DNA from: Rhynchopus sp. YZ270_cl-10
Lineage: Eukaryota
Reading direction: 5' to 3'
NCBI GenBank assembly: GCA_964035575.1
Contig: OZ037841.1
Location: 558,001 to 622,000, forward strand
DNA: 64,000 nucleotides
Made by a program: the position numbers and the translations under genes. Positions 1 through 13,017 of the stretch are shown piece after piece (the stretch's first letter is position 1; each line of letters opens with the position of its first letter). The notes beneath the pieces are model-generated. The model worked only from the letters and a program-made list of their open reading frames with translations. It searched no databases and was not told the DNA's origin.

Positions 1-72
1 CCCTTCACTCGGTGCTGCCGGGTACTTCTTCTCCAACCCCTTCAACCACCCTTCATCTATTAGAACTGTCAT
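1..72 (-). CDS. 5' end of a probable protein-coding gene running off the window (MTVLIDEGWLKGLEKKYPAAPSEG...)
   Basis: ATG at 72-70 in an A-rich context (ccaaaaaATG) like other genes here. Frame is open to the window edge, with a pyrimidine-rich tract upstream on the minus strand. Only 24 codons visible. Confidence 0.45.
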   Translation of the reverse strand, partial: MTVLIDEGWLKGLEKKYPAAPSEG

Positions 73-869
73 TTTTTGGTAGTCACGAAATTTTCTAAAA
101 TAATTTTTTTTTTTCAAAAAAAAGGGGGAGAAAAAGAAGGAGGAAGAAGAGGAAGAGGAAGAGGAGGAGGAGGAAGAAAAACACGAGAGTGTTTTTTTTT
201 TTTTTTTTTGTGTATTCTGTGAGGGTATTAAGGTGTTTATTGAAGAGGTGGCCCTATAAGATAAGAGGATTATGTCGTGATGGAAGAAGTATAAAAAGGG
301 GAGGAGAGTAGAAGAATTTTTTTTTTTCATGCTGGTTCGTTCAAAAAGAAATTTTAAAAGGGGATGTGAGGGGGGGGAGAGGAGGAGGTGGGATGTTTTG
401 TTGTGTCGCTAAGCTGAGGTGTTTAAATGATCTTCTCCAATCCATTTGAAAACGTCCCCAGGCACACAACAGAGGAGAGAATAGAGGGGGGTGAGGGAGA
501 GACAAAAAAACACTTAAAAAGATGAATGCACCACTCTGCGCAAAACATCTCAAAAAAACTATCCACACAAACCACATTCTATAGAAGGATTTTTACTTTT
601 TGATCAGTGGGATTTTTTTTTTTGAAGAAAAAAAAAAATGCGTTGACTAAAGTAAAAAGGTACCTTCGCTTTTACCAAGGCAAAAGGTAGAATGAACACA
701 ATAACGTACCACACGCGAACACAAGAGAGTCCAACCCCTGAGTTAACAGATGCTACCCAAAAAAAATCAAAGGGGACGGTTTATAAAAAAAAAGTGGATA
801 AAGTGAACCTTATGCTATGCTTAGTCACCTTGATCACAAATAAACCATGGTGAGATACCTCACCTTTAC

Positions 870-1044
870 ACGACGGGACCCAGTGACAAGTGACAAGTGA
901 AATCACATGTCATTTCACTTGTCACAATATGACAAAAAAGCCACTTGTCATGACAAGTGACTTTCTAGGGGATATAGGCTATTTACTTGTCATTTACTTG
1001 TCATTTTCACTTGTTACTTGTCACGTGTCACCGGGTCCCGTCGT
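870..1044. mobile_element. MITE-like element with TIRs and internal GTGACAA heptamer repeats
   Basis: Left ACGACGGGACCCAGTGACAAGTGACAAGT is the near-perfect inverse of right ACTTGTCACGTGTCACCGGGTCCCGTCGT. TSD unclear (possibly AC). Confidence 0.7.
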
Positions 1045-1456
1045 ACCCACCGTTGCCTTCCCCCCCCCCCCACCTCGGTGGGGGGGTCTGCACTCAATGT
1101 CGGATGACTTTTTATATAATCCGTTCGTTTAAATGCAGCTGTCATAGAAGAAGTCTTTACTACCATTTTTCAAAATTTCCATATTCCAAAAAAAACACAC
1201 AACAAAAATTTATTAGATGAACCTAAGCTTCATTGCTTCACCTTTTTTCAAAAAAATTAAAAAGAACTTTAAAAAAAGTGATAACACATCACCGAGTGAC
1301 GAAAGCTCTGGGGTATGAATATAACCGCAGATGGCTCACTTTGCTGACTTAAAAAAAAAAAATGCTAGGAGGAATCTATTCAAAAAATAATAAAAAGAGG
1401 GAGAGAGAGCAAGGCTTTGTGAGACGTCACTAAGCCTTGCAGTTTTTAGCTACGTT

Positions 1457-2097
1457 CAGTGCTGACGCTAAGGAAAAAGCCGGTCATATATGACCAAAAA
1501 AAAAAGAAAAAAAAAAGTCTGAAAATATGCCGGTCATATATGACCGGTGTTGGGTGGGTGGGCAGGGTGGGGTAGGGGATGGTCGGAAGTCCCCCCCAGT
1601 TGGCACCTCACACGAGCCTCTGAGAGTGACCAGAAATGGCCTCATGAACAAAGTGACCCCGTCACAGCCAGAACGCGACTCAATTGGTCAAATGCCGAAG
1701 GAAAAGGAAGCAGGCAGCGTGGCGAAATAATAAAAGTAGCGTACCGTGCGCCTGCGGCGCAAGCTTGCCAACGCACCCTTCCCTTTGACATAGTATATCA
1801 GTAAAAATGTGCAATTTAAGCGCAATTTTTTGAAATGTTGCGTACCGTGGCTTCGCCACGAACCTTTGGGTGCCATGACCGCCGTTTCTTATTGTAAACT
1901 GATCCCACGCGTGCCTGGTGCAAATATCAGTGAAGTGCCGAACTCTGCAGAGGAATTCGCACATTCCGCCGGAGGCCCCCAACTTGAGCTGGGTTGGGGA
2001 CCCGGGCGCGCGAAGCGCGCCCGGGCTCGGCCAAAAAAAAAAAAGTCAAAAAAAAATTTTTTATATGACCGGCCAGCCGGCCTTAGCGTCAGCACTG
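1457..2097. mobile_element. Non-autonomous hAT-type element
   Basis: Perfect 17-bp TIR CAGTGCTGACGCTAAGG / CCTTAGCGTCAGCACTG. 8-bp TSD GCTACGTT at 1449-1456 and 2098-2105. Subterminal GGTCATATATGACC palindromes. Confidence 0.9.
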
Positions 2098-3559
2098 GCT
2101 ACGTTCGCAAAAAAAAAAAGGGGGGATGGGGGGAGACGGGGGGGTTTTGTAACTACAGTGAATCCAAGAACATCAGGGGGGGTTAAAGAGAAAAAGTTCA
2201 TAAGATGAATTTAACCTAGCCCCTCGTTGCTGAATCACCTAAGTAAAAACACACCATATTTTTTTGCACCCAAAAAAGACTCACATTCTTGTAAGAGAGG
2301 TTGAAAACTACAAACTCCTCAACGCTCATTGGACGCAGGCACTGAAAAGGGGGGGGAATAACATAGCTCCACGAAATACGATTTACCCACAAGGGTACAC
2401 ACTGCAACACAAAAAACTCAGAACAAATAGTAAATGCGCCTCACAAAACATCCCTTTTTTTGTTCTCCCTGCAACCAATGGATGTATGCGTGACGCACCT
2501 CACCTCACCTCGCCCATTCTACGAGAGTACAAAGGCAGTATCATCTTTAAAAAAAACATGATGGAGGAGCAGAAACACACTGTAATACGAATTCACATAA
2601 AAATGTTAAAAAAAACTCACAGAAAACCTACAAAAAAAAAGCGAGACGCAACATGAAATAGCACTGAGCACACTGTACACTGTACACTTTCACATACACA
2701 CTTAAAAGGTGAAGCATATTTTTTTTTTTTTTGCCTTGGCACACCCATAGTTTCCAATCGCGCCAGAAACTATGCTCACATTAGGATACCACACAATCAA
2801 AAAAAATACCCTATATTAGAGAGAAAAACGAATCGACGTAACCTGAGATACACACCACCCCAAAGAACGCAACCCAAAAGATGCTGTGATACGTTTGAGG
2901 ACACGGGAACAACAGTTTTACTTTTTTTTTGCACGGAACGAAACAAAAAAAAACACACACACACACAAGGTTAAGATCCACCGAATCGCGTTGTTTTAGC
3001 CACACCTTAATAAAAAACGGAGAGAGGACTCCACTGGGCCATCAAAATAATAACAAAATGGTATGAAAACCCTCTCTGTGCATAAGAAGAAAAAAAAAGG
3101 TCGTGCGCACACATCAAAAAACACAAGTACAATAAAATTTAAACACGTTCACATTTTGGATGTAAGTCAAAAAAGGGGTGCAAGTAGAAAGGTAACGTTA
3201 AAAGGGGGAGAGGGGGGGGTGCAATGCGCCATTGCGGACGCGGTGGTTTAAAAATAAAATAAAAAAAAAAGTTTTTGTAAGATGAAACTAAGCCTCTCAG
3301 CCCCTTTGCTTTCAAAGTATAAAAAATGCGTTTGTATTTTCTTGATTTTTGCATTTTTTTGGCATTTTTAAAAACCCCCCGCTGGGGGTGGGGAAAAGGG
3401 GTGTCGTTACGACATGGTACTGTTCACTCAAACTTCGTTGATGCATTTCGTGAAGTCAAAAAAAAAAAAAAAACAAGTAATTGCTATCGGAAAAAAAACG
3501 GGGTGTGATGTGGAATTCCATCCTGTAGAAATAATCTACAATAAGCCCAGCTTTCTGCT

Positions 3560-3870
3560 CTTCTGCAGGTATGCTAACGCTCTTCGTACACTGCCAGACC
3601 CACTGGGACTCCAGCATCTGAAACGTTCAAGAAGGGGGGCTGTCCTCTTCGTCCAGCACCATCTGCTCGATAGCGTTGTTGGACGCCCGCTCGGCAGGCT
3701 GGGCGTGGTCCAGCTCGTTTTTGTCCACAGGCTCCCCACATTGTAGTCGTCGTTGGAGCAGTGCGGAAGGAACACAGAATGCACAGACTACAACACATCG
3801 ATCACACCAGCAAATCGCCAGGATGCTACGGTGGTTTCGAAAATCGCGCGGAGGTTTCCACAGCACACCC
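3560..3870 (-). pseudogene. Degenerate piggyBac-like transposase C-terminal fragment
   Basis: Across shifting frames ILAICWCDRCVV, PHCSNDDYNVG and VDKNE resemble the piggyBac motifs ILxxxWxDxxxV and PxxIxDYNxxMGGVDxxD. GC-richer island with no intact ORF. Confidence 0.45.
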
Positions 3871-5625
3871 GCTTTTTTCTTAGCAATTACTTGTCCTTGT
3901 TGTTATTGTTGTTTTCAACCACCTTCCTTCAACCCTTGTAGGATCAGTTGTTATTTTTTTCGCGAAAACATGAAATTACACATTTCAAGAGAACAAATTA
4001 AAAAGGGTCCTTATTTGCATTTTTGGGATCCGCCCGTGCAGTGGTGGGGTCAATCTGGAAAATTGGACAATTTTTTGAGCACTTAAATTTTGAGAAATAT
4101 GAGCCCGGTTCCTTATACGTGGGGCCCATTTTCGGCTAAAATTTTCCTCAAAATCTGGTTTTGTAAAATTGACCCTTTACTCCCCCCCCACATCGATTTC
4201 AATACTATACCTTACTTCACCTACGGTTGCCCTTACAGGGGGGTGAAGGAAGGTAAGTTGAAAAAAAAACTCCCTTCTCCTTCTTTGATATTCGGGAAGC
4301 GATGTGCAACTAAGCGGTCTGAACACATTCAGAAATAGAAGGCTTCCATCATTTTTTTTTTTAGCATCGACCATCACCTGTCCGAGGACGGGTTCTGTAC
4401 ACAAGGTCGCCCGAAGGCTAATGAATTTCAAAAAAAAAAAAATTCTTTGAAATAGGGGAAGATATACAATGTCAGTACCAGTCTCCACTCGACGTTCAAG
4501 ATCACAAAATACAATACACTGTTTCGCAGCAAGCACACGCTTGGGAGATGGGGGGGAAAAAAAAGAAAAATTGTAAGATGCCTCCCCTACAACATCTTAT
4601 GAAAAGAAAAGTTGAACTGTAAGATGAACCTAAAACTGTCATGCTTTTAAAAAATGTGGCAAAAAAAAAGGGGGGGAGAGGGGAGGTTCAAAATTGTGCC
4701 AGTTAACTTACCATATTTTTACTAAAAATGGTTTGGGGATGTATGGGGGCACTGCAGTGCACTTCAGAGTCGGTCTGTGCAGTATGAGGGGACTTGAGAA
4801 ATGCCTTTCAAAAAGAAAAGACTTCATCGGCAGATTAAAATGGTGGTTTAGTAGCGTTATATCGTGTTGGGTTCCCTAGTTTTTTTTTTTACTTTTCTCT
4901 CTTCAAAAGATTGATTGAAAAGTAGTTGCGCACAGCGGTGCAATCCTCACTTCATCATTGAAGGGGGAAAAAATCATACATTGAAAGGTGTCGGAAAGAG
5001 CAACAAAAAAAAAGTCTTCTCAGTAATTAGCGAATGCTGTCTGAGAAGGAAAAAAAAGAAGAAGAAAACTGTAAGATGCATGCACCTCTCGTGCACACAC
5101 ATCCCCAAAAAACACCTCTCAAGCAAAAGAAAAGTTTATAAGATGACCCTAAGCCTCTCTGTGCTTAGTCTGATTAGATTACTTAATGTTTTGAACATTA
5201 AGTAATCTGCAGTGCTTAGTCACCTTAGAAAATCCCCTCTCCCTCCATTAACCATAAATTTTTGTACCCGACAGTTTTTCGCGTGAAGAGTGTCTGTGGG
5301 AAAATGGAGAGACGGGAGAGGGAATGAAGAAGGGGGGAGAAAAAGGTTACTAAGGTATGTGTTGTATTCGACGGAATACTCAAAATATTCAATCGGAAAA
5401 TCGTTGAAGAAAAGTTAAGAAAGGTTAAAAAAAGGTTGAACCTAAGCCTCTCTGTGCACGCTTAGTCTTATTAGAGTACTGTTTTGAACATTGGTTATTC
5501 ATCAATATTTTTTGTTGTTCCTTTTTGCTTTTTGTTTTTGCCTAAGCCTCTCTGTGCACGCTTAGTTACCTTAAAACTATGCACATTGCAACATATTTTT
5601 TCGCTCTTTTTTTTGTTGAATCATT

Positions 5626-5755
5626 GGTGTTCCCGAAAGGGCCCATATTGACAGGTCCTTGACATGTCCCCGACAGTGGGGGGTGCGTTAAAATGACACA
5701 CCCCCCCTATATTGACAGGTCCTTGACATGTCCTCGACAGGTGTTCGGTAACACC
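5626..5755. mobile_element. Short MITE
   Basis: TIR GGTGTTCCCGAA / TTCGGTAACACC flanked by direct repeat AATCATT. Internal direct repeat ATATTGACAGGTCCTTGACATGTCC twice. Confidence 0.75.
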
Positions 5756-6608
5756 AATCATTCCCAAAAAGAGAATCACGCCACATCGTTTATTTCCCGT
5801 AGGCATTTGACACATAACAAAATATCACATAAAAATAACACGCTAAAGGATACCGCATCTTGTATAATCACGTTATGCAAACGGGGAGAACAGGGTGAGT
5901 AAACAAGCCACCTAACTCCTTGCGTTCGATGACCACCCATACGCAGGTATCAAAATTTAGAGAAAAAAATGTAAAAAAAATAAAACGATGGAAGCTGATA
6001 AATAGAGAGAGTGCATCCAACAACTTTTCAAGAATTTTTTTCGTATTTTTTAGAACGTCCTGAAATTTTTGCGGAGTTACCCAAATGTACACGTACAGAA
6101 CACAGTCTGGTAGAGAGAAAACACACGATCACAGGAATCACACTAGGGGTAGGTGACGCCGTCTGGGTCCGGTAATTTAAAATAGGGGTTGCAAGACAAA
6201 CCTAAACTCAGTGCTTTCAATGTCACCCTATCAAAAACCCCTCCTGTCTTTGCTTAGTTATCCACCCGAAATTTTTGGAGGAATTTAGTGGGAGTTGGGT
6301 AGACCAAACTCCACCAAAATTTCAGGCAAAAATCAGGTAGTAGGTACACTACGAACGTCATAAACATTAATTCATTTTCCTCCCACTTTCGTGGGTACAA
6401 AGATGCCTATGAAAAGGCTCAAAATGCCCAACAAAAAAAAGAGACATTTTGATCTATGAGTGGAGAGAAGCGAGACATACAAGGGAAACACTCTGGGTTG
6501 AGGATTCCAGCCCTCTAAAAAAAAAAGAGGGAAACGTGAAAAAAGAAAAGAAAAGAAAAAAAAAAAAGAAAAAATACAAGAATGGGCACGCTCCACGACA
6601 GACTAATA

Positions 6609-6737
6609 GTCAGGGGGGCTACTAGCGGAACTACAAGTCGTAACAACTAGTGCTAAACTAGTAGTGTAACTGGGGTAACACTAGTCCTAAAACACGAGTC
6701 ATTTGTACTAGTAGCATATACTAGTAGTCCCCCTGAC
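6609..6737. mobile_element. TA-flanked MITE (degenerate relative at ~11089-11190)
   Basis: TIR GTCAGGGGGCTACTAG / CTAGTAGTCCCCCTGAC with TA on both sides; internal ACTAGT repeats. Confidence 0.7.
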
Positions 6738-8694
6738 TAGCCCGCCGTGTGTACAATTTCAACCCCCGAGGGTGAATTTTTTTTCTCTCTTCTGTATATA
6801 TTGCGGGTAATGATTCACTTTTGTGTTCGCTTTCTTTTATTTTGCTAAGTTTTATTTTCCCCCCTTTTTATATGACCCCTGCGATCAATAACAGAAGGTG
6901 AAAAAAAACCCCTTAAGACACGAATAATCCTTGTCCCAAATGAGACAGGTTCTGTACCAAAAAAAGAAGGGAAAAATATCACTGTGTAAAAGAAAGATTG
7001 AAAGCGCAAACACACCTCACACAACACGGAAGCAGAGGGCAGACTCTGTAAATAGTTTCCTCCGATACGGTCGCCAAATCACCCCCCCTCCAGCAGGGGG
7101 TAAATTGAGCAATCGAGAGAAAAAAAAATGTTGGGGTACTTTTGAACTATACTCTATAGTTTGAAATACCCCAAAAACAATGAAAATTTTGTAAGATGGG
7201 GTGTGCCTTTTGTGTACATACATCTTAAACAAAAGTGAGGTTGATCATTGATAGTGCAAACCCCCTCTGGGAAGCAGGTACTGAACAAAAGAAAACGAAA
7301 CCTTTGAGAAAAGGTACTTTGAAAACTTGGTTGTATTAGTGCTCCACTATACTAAACACTTTTACGTCACCGCAGACGAGCGCGATGATGATGTTTTTTT
7401 TAATTGATTCGTCCCTTCACTTTACCCCCCTGATTGCATCAAAGAAAGCTAACTTTGTAAGATGAATGTGTCTTTTCTCTCTCGTGCACATTGAAAAAGT
7501 TGGCAAAATGAACCTAACCTTCTTAGCTAGCTTCGAAAGAGGGGAGAGATAGAGAGAGAGAGACTACGCACAGCGGGGGGGATACCGTACGCAGGTATAC
7601 AGGCACTACCTTGGTTTTTTCATATCATGTAACGATTTCAAATAAAATGTGAAGCGCGCAGCGAAAAATCAAAAAAAAAAATTGTGAGGGAGGTTTTTTT
7701 TTGGGGGCTATTACCCATCCGCGACCGAGGTGTCGACGCACCACGTCGGCTGGTAATATAGGGGGTGTGTTGAAAATAAAAAAAACAATGTGAGTAGAGG
7801 GAGGGATGGGACAATATGTTCTGCGTGGATACACGCGGTTCGATGTGGTGATGATGTAGGTTTTTTTTCTTCTCCAAAAAAATTAAAAAATGGAAAACGT
7901 GAAAGATGGAAGGGGCCGTGCAGGGGACAATAAACACATCTCTGAAAGACGAAAAAAAATGCCCCTTTCCTTTTTCAAATCAATTATTTCAAATAAAATT
8001 GGGGGGAAAACGCAGTTGGGAGGGGGGAAGAGAGAGAGAGGTTAAAAAATGTAGTGCAACCGCTCCTGCTGACGCAGATGCAGGTGAAAAAGTAGGACTG
8101 ATAACGCTTCGAAACGGACAGACACTGTTGGAATGAGTGAGACTCTTACGTGAACGCTCTGAGGGGTGTACCTCCTCTTGGAGACTATTATCCATACAGG
8201 GTGCTAGATCAAATGCAAAATATTTGATGTAACTTCCCTATGTACAATCAAGATCCTTTTTTTCTTAACTTTTTGTTGTATCGCTTCAAAGAAAAAGAGA
8301 AGTTGAAAGTGCAAACGTCTCACCGTTCATCGGCAGATAGACGCTGGTTTTCCGCTGGGTTATTTAACCCCAGAGTGCACTTCATTGGTGGCACGAAGAA
8401 AAAATATTTTCCTTATAGGATCCTTGTATATGATGTCAGACTTTTGATCACAATCGTTTTCAGGGGAATGAAAAGAAAAGTTTTAAAATAACCCTGAGAC
8501 TCGTGCTTAGTCTGATTAGATTACTTAATGTTTTGAACATTGGTTATTCATCAATCTTTTTTGTTGTATTTTTGGATCCTTTTTGTTTTGTTTTTGTTTT
8601 TTTGTACTTGCTTACGTGCTTAGTCACCAAAATAAATATGGTTATCCAGCTACATATAGGATGCAGCTTAAAATCCATCGATACTGAAAGAAAA

Positions 8695-9630
8695 AAGTAT
8701 TTTCATCATATGCAATCAATAAATTGATAGTATATGGTGAGGGATCAACAAAAATGGTCCCATCTTTCTTTTTATGGTGTGTGTTTTGCAAAACGTAGAA
8801 AAGAAAAGTAAAATGCTTCGTGCACAAGTTGAAACTTCAGTAGATTGGTTTCTGATATTAACCCTGTTTCAGTCCTAAGAATCATACAGTTGTATTCAAA
8901 AGGGTGGACATCTTCAGTGATTTCCCTTTAAATGGTGGGTGAATATCGTGAAACCGATGTTCGTGTGAACATTTGGTACCTTCTACTTCAGTTTTTTGTT
9001 TCGGGAATACACAAAATACAAAAGTTTTTTTTTTTCTTTTTTCTTATTCCTTTCTCTGTCCTTACTGGATGTAATGTCTGATCACCAGGAGGAAGAGTAA
9101 CCTAAAGAGTCTTGGTCTTGATGGCTGCCGTGTATACGTAAAGTATTCCGTGCAATAATTGCTACCAATCCAAACAAGAAAAAAAAAAAGAAAAATCAAG
9201 CAACAAAATACTTCCTAGAGCGTTTTAAAGAGACCGGAGAGTGTTGACCAAGAAACTCGAAAACTGAAATCGCCTCAAAAAATACAAAAAGTGAATTTGA
9301 AAGTACCAAACATTGCAACGAACGTTGGGCACTGAAATAGGTGAAGAGGTGCAACAATATATGATGGAGGGAAAAAAACTGGCAAATTTGGAAGGGTTTC
9401 AAAAAAAAAAACAAAAAACATACGCGCAAAACGGAGAGACAAATCATAAAGACCCCTGCCTCCTCTCTATAGTGTGTCCTTGTTCATGCTTGGTTACTCT
9501 GTTGTGCAAACCCTTGGACAAAACAGTATTTCATAATATTATGCAGTCAATAAATTGATAGCACAGCAGGGATCGCTAAAAATGATCCCATCTTTCTTTT
9601 TATGCGGTATGTTTTGCAAACCCTTGCGCA
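8695..9630 (+). repeat. Two diverged ~100-bp direct repeats (8695-8800 and 9525-9630)
   Basis: Shared AGTATTTTCAT..ATGCA(A/G)TCAATAAATTGATAG...CCCATCTTTCTTTTTATG..TGTTTTGCAAA. Confidence 0.7.
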
Positions 9631-9646
9631 AAAATAATAAATATCA

Positions 9647-9714
9647 TGGGATGGCTGAAAGGGTGATTCGCACTTCTTGCGTACGTTGCGCACCCTCCCC
9701 CATTCAGCCACACC
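9647..9714. mobile_element. TGGTGTGGCTGA-family MITE (relatives at 28436-28592 and 37951-38084)
   Basis: Ends TGGGATGGCTGAA / TTCAGCCACACCA. Internal GATTCGCACTTCTTGCG shared with the 37951 copy. Confidence 0.6.
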
Positions 9715-12700
9715 ATTATCAGTTTTGTAATTCCATAAAAGCTTAAAAGCTTCTTCCGTGCATTGTGTATGTGGGTGTGTGGAGGGAAATTTTTGATGAA
9801 CCTAAGCCTTACAGTACTGAGTCACCTTCAGGAAAATGGTGGAAACTGCGTTTTTGTTTTTGTTTTCGTTTTCGTTTTCGTTTTCAAAAGACAATAAATA
9901 AATAAATGGGTGACCATTGTCAGCAAAGTTTGAAAGATGAATATACGCCTTTCTTTATTTCTTCTTCTTCTTTTTTTTTGAAAAAAAAATAAAATAAAAT
10001 CACATACAAAATACACACAAAACCAGCTAACCCGAATCGAACTATTTTTCAGAAATGAGATGGGAAACACGGGGGCAGGAAATGATGGGCACATGCAGAA
10101 GAAGAGGGTGACGATAAAGAAATGCCTCACCACCAGTGTGTAGCATATGAACTCCTTACGAACGCCTTCTTGTTCATTTAAAAAAAAAAACGAAATATTA
10201 ATTTCATACTTCCAAAGCAAGAGAGTACAAAGGATGCCCAATGCAGACACCTCCAATATTTTTTATTAAAAAAACTCAGCGGGTTTATCAAAAATGAGGA
10301 GGTAGGCACACAAAAAATGTTTCAGATATTATTTTCAATCGAAAAAAAAAAAAAAAAAAGAATCGGCGAACAACAAAAAATTTGAAAGGGTTTGTAAAGT
10401 GCTGTACCTAACAAACCGGGTGGGCACCGAAACAAAACAAAACAAAAACAAAAAAAAAAACTTAAAAGAAGTGCTGACAAAGAAGCTCGAAACACCAGAC
10501 ACTCCATGGGGCCAGCAAAACCCCTCAAAGAGTTTTTAACCCTAATTTGAAAGAAGAAAAAAAAAAATATAAGATGAGCGCAAGCCTTTCGTGCTTCACT
10601 ACCTAACAAAGATGGAAGGTGCGAAGAATACAACACAACTCACATTCAGAAAAAAATACCTCCAGTTGCAAAAAGAAAACAAAAGAAAACGTAAATAAAG
10701 GCAAAATGATGAGAGGAGCAGGGGGTCCAGTTTAAGTGGAAACCCCCAAAACTGCTTGGGGCGTGGGGTGGGTGGTTGCGTCAGGAGGCAAGAGGGGAAA
10801 CCACCACATGGGTGTGTGAGTGTTGTCACATTTTGTTTTTGTACTTATGGGGAATATGATGGGATGTGGTAAAAATGCACTTCGTTGTACTGATATGTTT
10901 AGATACATTTTTTTTGTGGTCGACAATCGCCTACGAGGACCCACTGTAGTGGGCTTAAAAAAAAGAGAGAGAGGGAGGGAGGGAGAGAGAGGTTGGCTGG
11001 AATGAAGAACAGATGAAAGTGCAGAAACGCCTCACCGTACATACGGGCGGACGAGAGAACTGCCCCTCTCTGGGTGCACAGCGGACCAGTCAGGGGGGTC
11101 TGCTAGTACCGCGACTGGTCCAAAATGACTGTGTTTTACGACTAATTTTGGTACTGTAGAGTACAGTAGTTCCACCAGTAGTCCCTGAGTAATCCGTCGG
11201 GTGGGTTATCTAACCCCCCCCAGGCCAACATGAGAGCACATTGGTAACCACCAAAATCACCAAAAAGAAGAACAGCAAAAAAAAAAAAAAACACTGATCC
11301 TCTCGTGCCTTGAAATCACCTTGAAATAAATAAAAGTACCAAAAATAGACGCACATTTGCACACACAGCACGATTTTTTTGCCATCTGGATTCGGGGCAA
11401 AGCAAAAGTACCTTTTACATTTTAAAAAAACACACTGTTTACGATAAGAAAAAAAATGAAGGTTTGGTGTTGCTTCTCAGGCAGCACGCGCCTTCGGAAG
11501 AGTAATACGGAAGCAAAATGCACCGGCACGATGGGATATCAATCCCACAAGGGTTGGTGGCACATCATGATTTTTCCTTTAAAAAATGACGAAAAAATTG
11601 AAAACCAAAAAAAGTGTTGATTTTAGACAACTATCACGGGATAGTCTATCTACGGAAACCACAAAAAAACAATAACACACACACTTGAAGGAGAGTGAAA
11701 GAAGAAAAAAAAAGTTTATAAGATGAGCCCTAAGCCTCACCGTGCTTAAGTCACCTTTGATCACGATGGGTTTTTTTTTAATTGCACAGCAAGCGTGGGT
11801 ATTCCACAAGGGGGCGTTGTGAAATTCTACGGTGGAGAAAACTTGTTTCATATACTAACTATTCTACTGAATAGAAGGTATAATAGGGTGCACTAAATGT
11901 ACCCAAACTTTTGTTTACGGTGGAGAAAACGAAAACACTTTTAAGATGAATCCGATACCCTCTCCCTCTCGTTTGTTTTTGTGCGTAAAGTGTGTAATAA
12001 ATATTTCTGTGGTGATATTTTTTACTGCACTACGCTCCCCACTGACTGGCAGTGAAGAGGAAACCTCTTTGAGACCAAACAAAAGTAAGTAAAGTTGATG
12101 CAGGCACCTCCCGCTGACCCATTGCACGATGCCTGCTGGATGAACAGCATGGTCAGGGTCAAAAGTCTCCCCTTATCATCCCCCCTATCGTCACTTCAGC
12201 TCTCAAATGAGTGAGATAACCTCTTTCACAGAAAGGTGAATTTGCCTTTCAGCACCTCCTTTTTTTTAAAAAAGTTTTCTCCTGAAGAGAAAAAAAATGG
12301 GGGGGGGGGGGGGGAAAGGGGGGGTGTGATTCTAGCAATGTAAAAAATACGGCGCGCAAAATAAAATAATTTGGATGACATCTCGGATTCATTACTTTTT
12401 TGATAATCTGTGTGGTGTATGCGGTGAAGAAAATAACCTGACTTTGTGGTTTTACCGTTGATTTACAACGGTGAAACCACAACGTAAAAACCACAAGCCA
12501 AGTCATTTTACTTTTACCTTCATCGCCGCCGTTCAGGCAGTCTTCACCATCCTTTTTGTCTTTTTAAATTTTTGGATGTGTTTTTTTTGCAACTTTACGC
12601 AAAAACTGCTGTTCCTAAAATGGTCCAAAGTATTTGATTTTTTTTTTACTAAAATGCAGCGCCAAAAAAAGAAGAAAAGGGTAATAAGATGATGTGCAAG

Positions 12701-12894
12701 CCTCTCTGCGCATTGTGCTTAAATTTCACCTTGGTCACCTTTTAAAAGGAGGGAAAGTTGAGAGTACAGACGTCATCTTTGAACGACTGCAGACAGAAAA
12801 AAACAAAAATAAAAACAAGTTCTTTTGAGACACTGCTTGGGAAGCAGGCACATCAGGAGGGGGGGTAAAATAAAAGTAAAATAAAGAGATGTTC

Positions 12895-13017
12895 ACCTGA
12901 TTTGTACCCCACGTATAGGCGAGTACAGGCGCGTATAGGGCCGTATAGGGCCGTATAGGACTGTATACGCGCCTGTACGTGGCCTGTACGCGCCTATACG
13001 CGGGGTAAAGATCAGGT
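12895..13017. mobile_element. Foldback/MITE-like element built from 11-bp units
   Basis: ACCTGATTTGTACCCCACGTATAGGCG ... CGCCTATACGCGGGGTAAAGATCAGGT are inverted ends. Internal CGTATAGGGC-type units invert at the centre. Confidence 0.65.

Noticed and set aside
8830..9350. Higher-complexity stretch as a coding exon
   Set aside because: No long ORF or recognisable motif in any frame.
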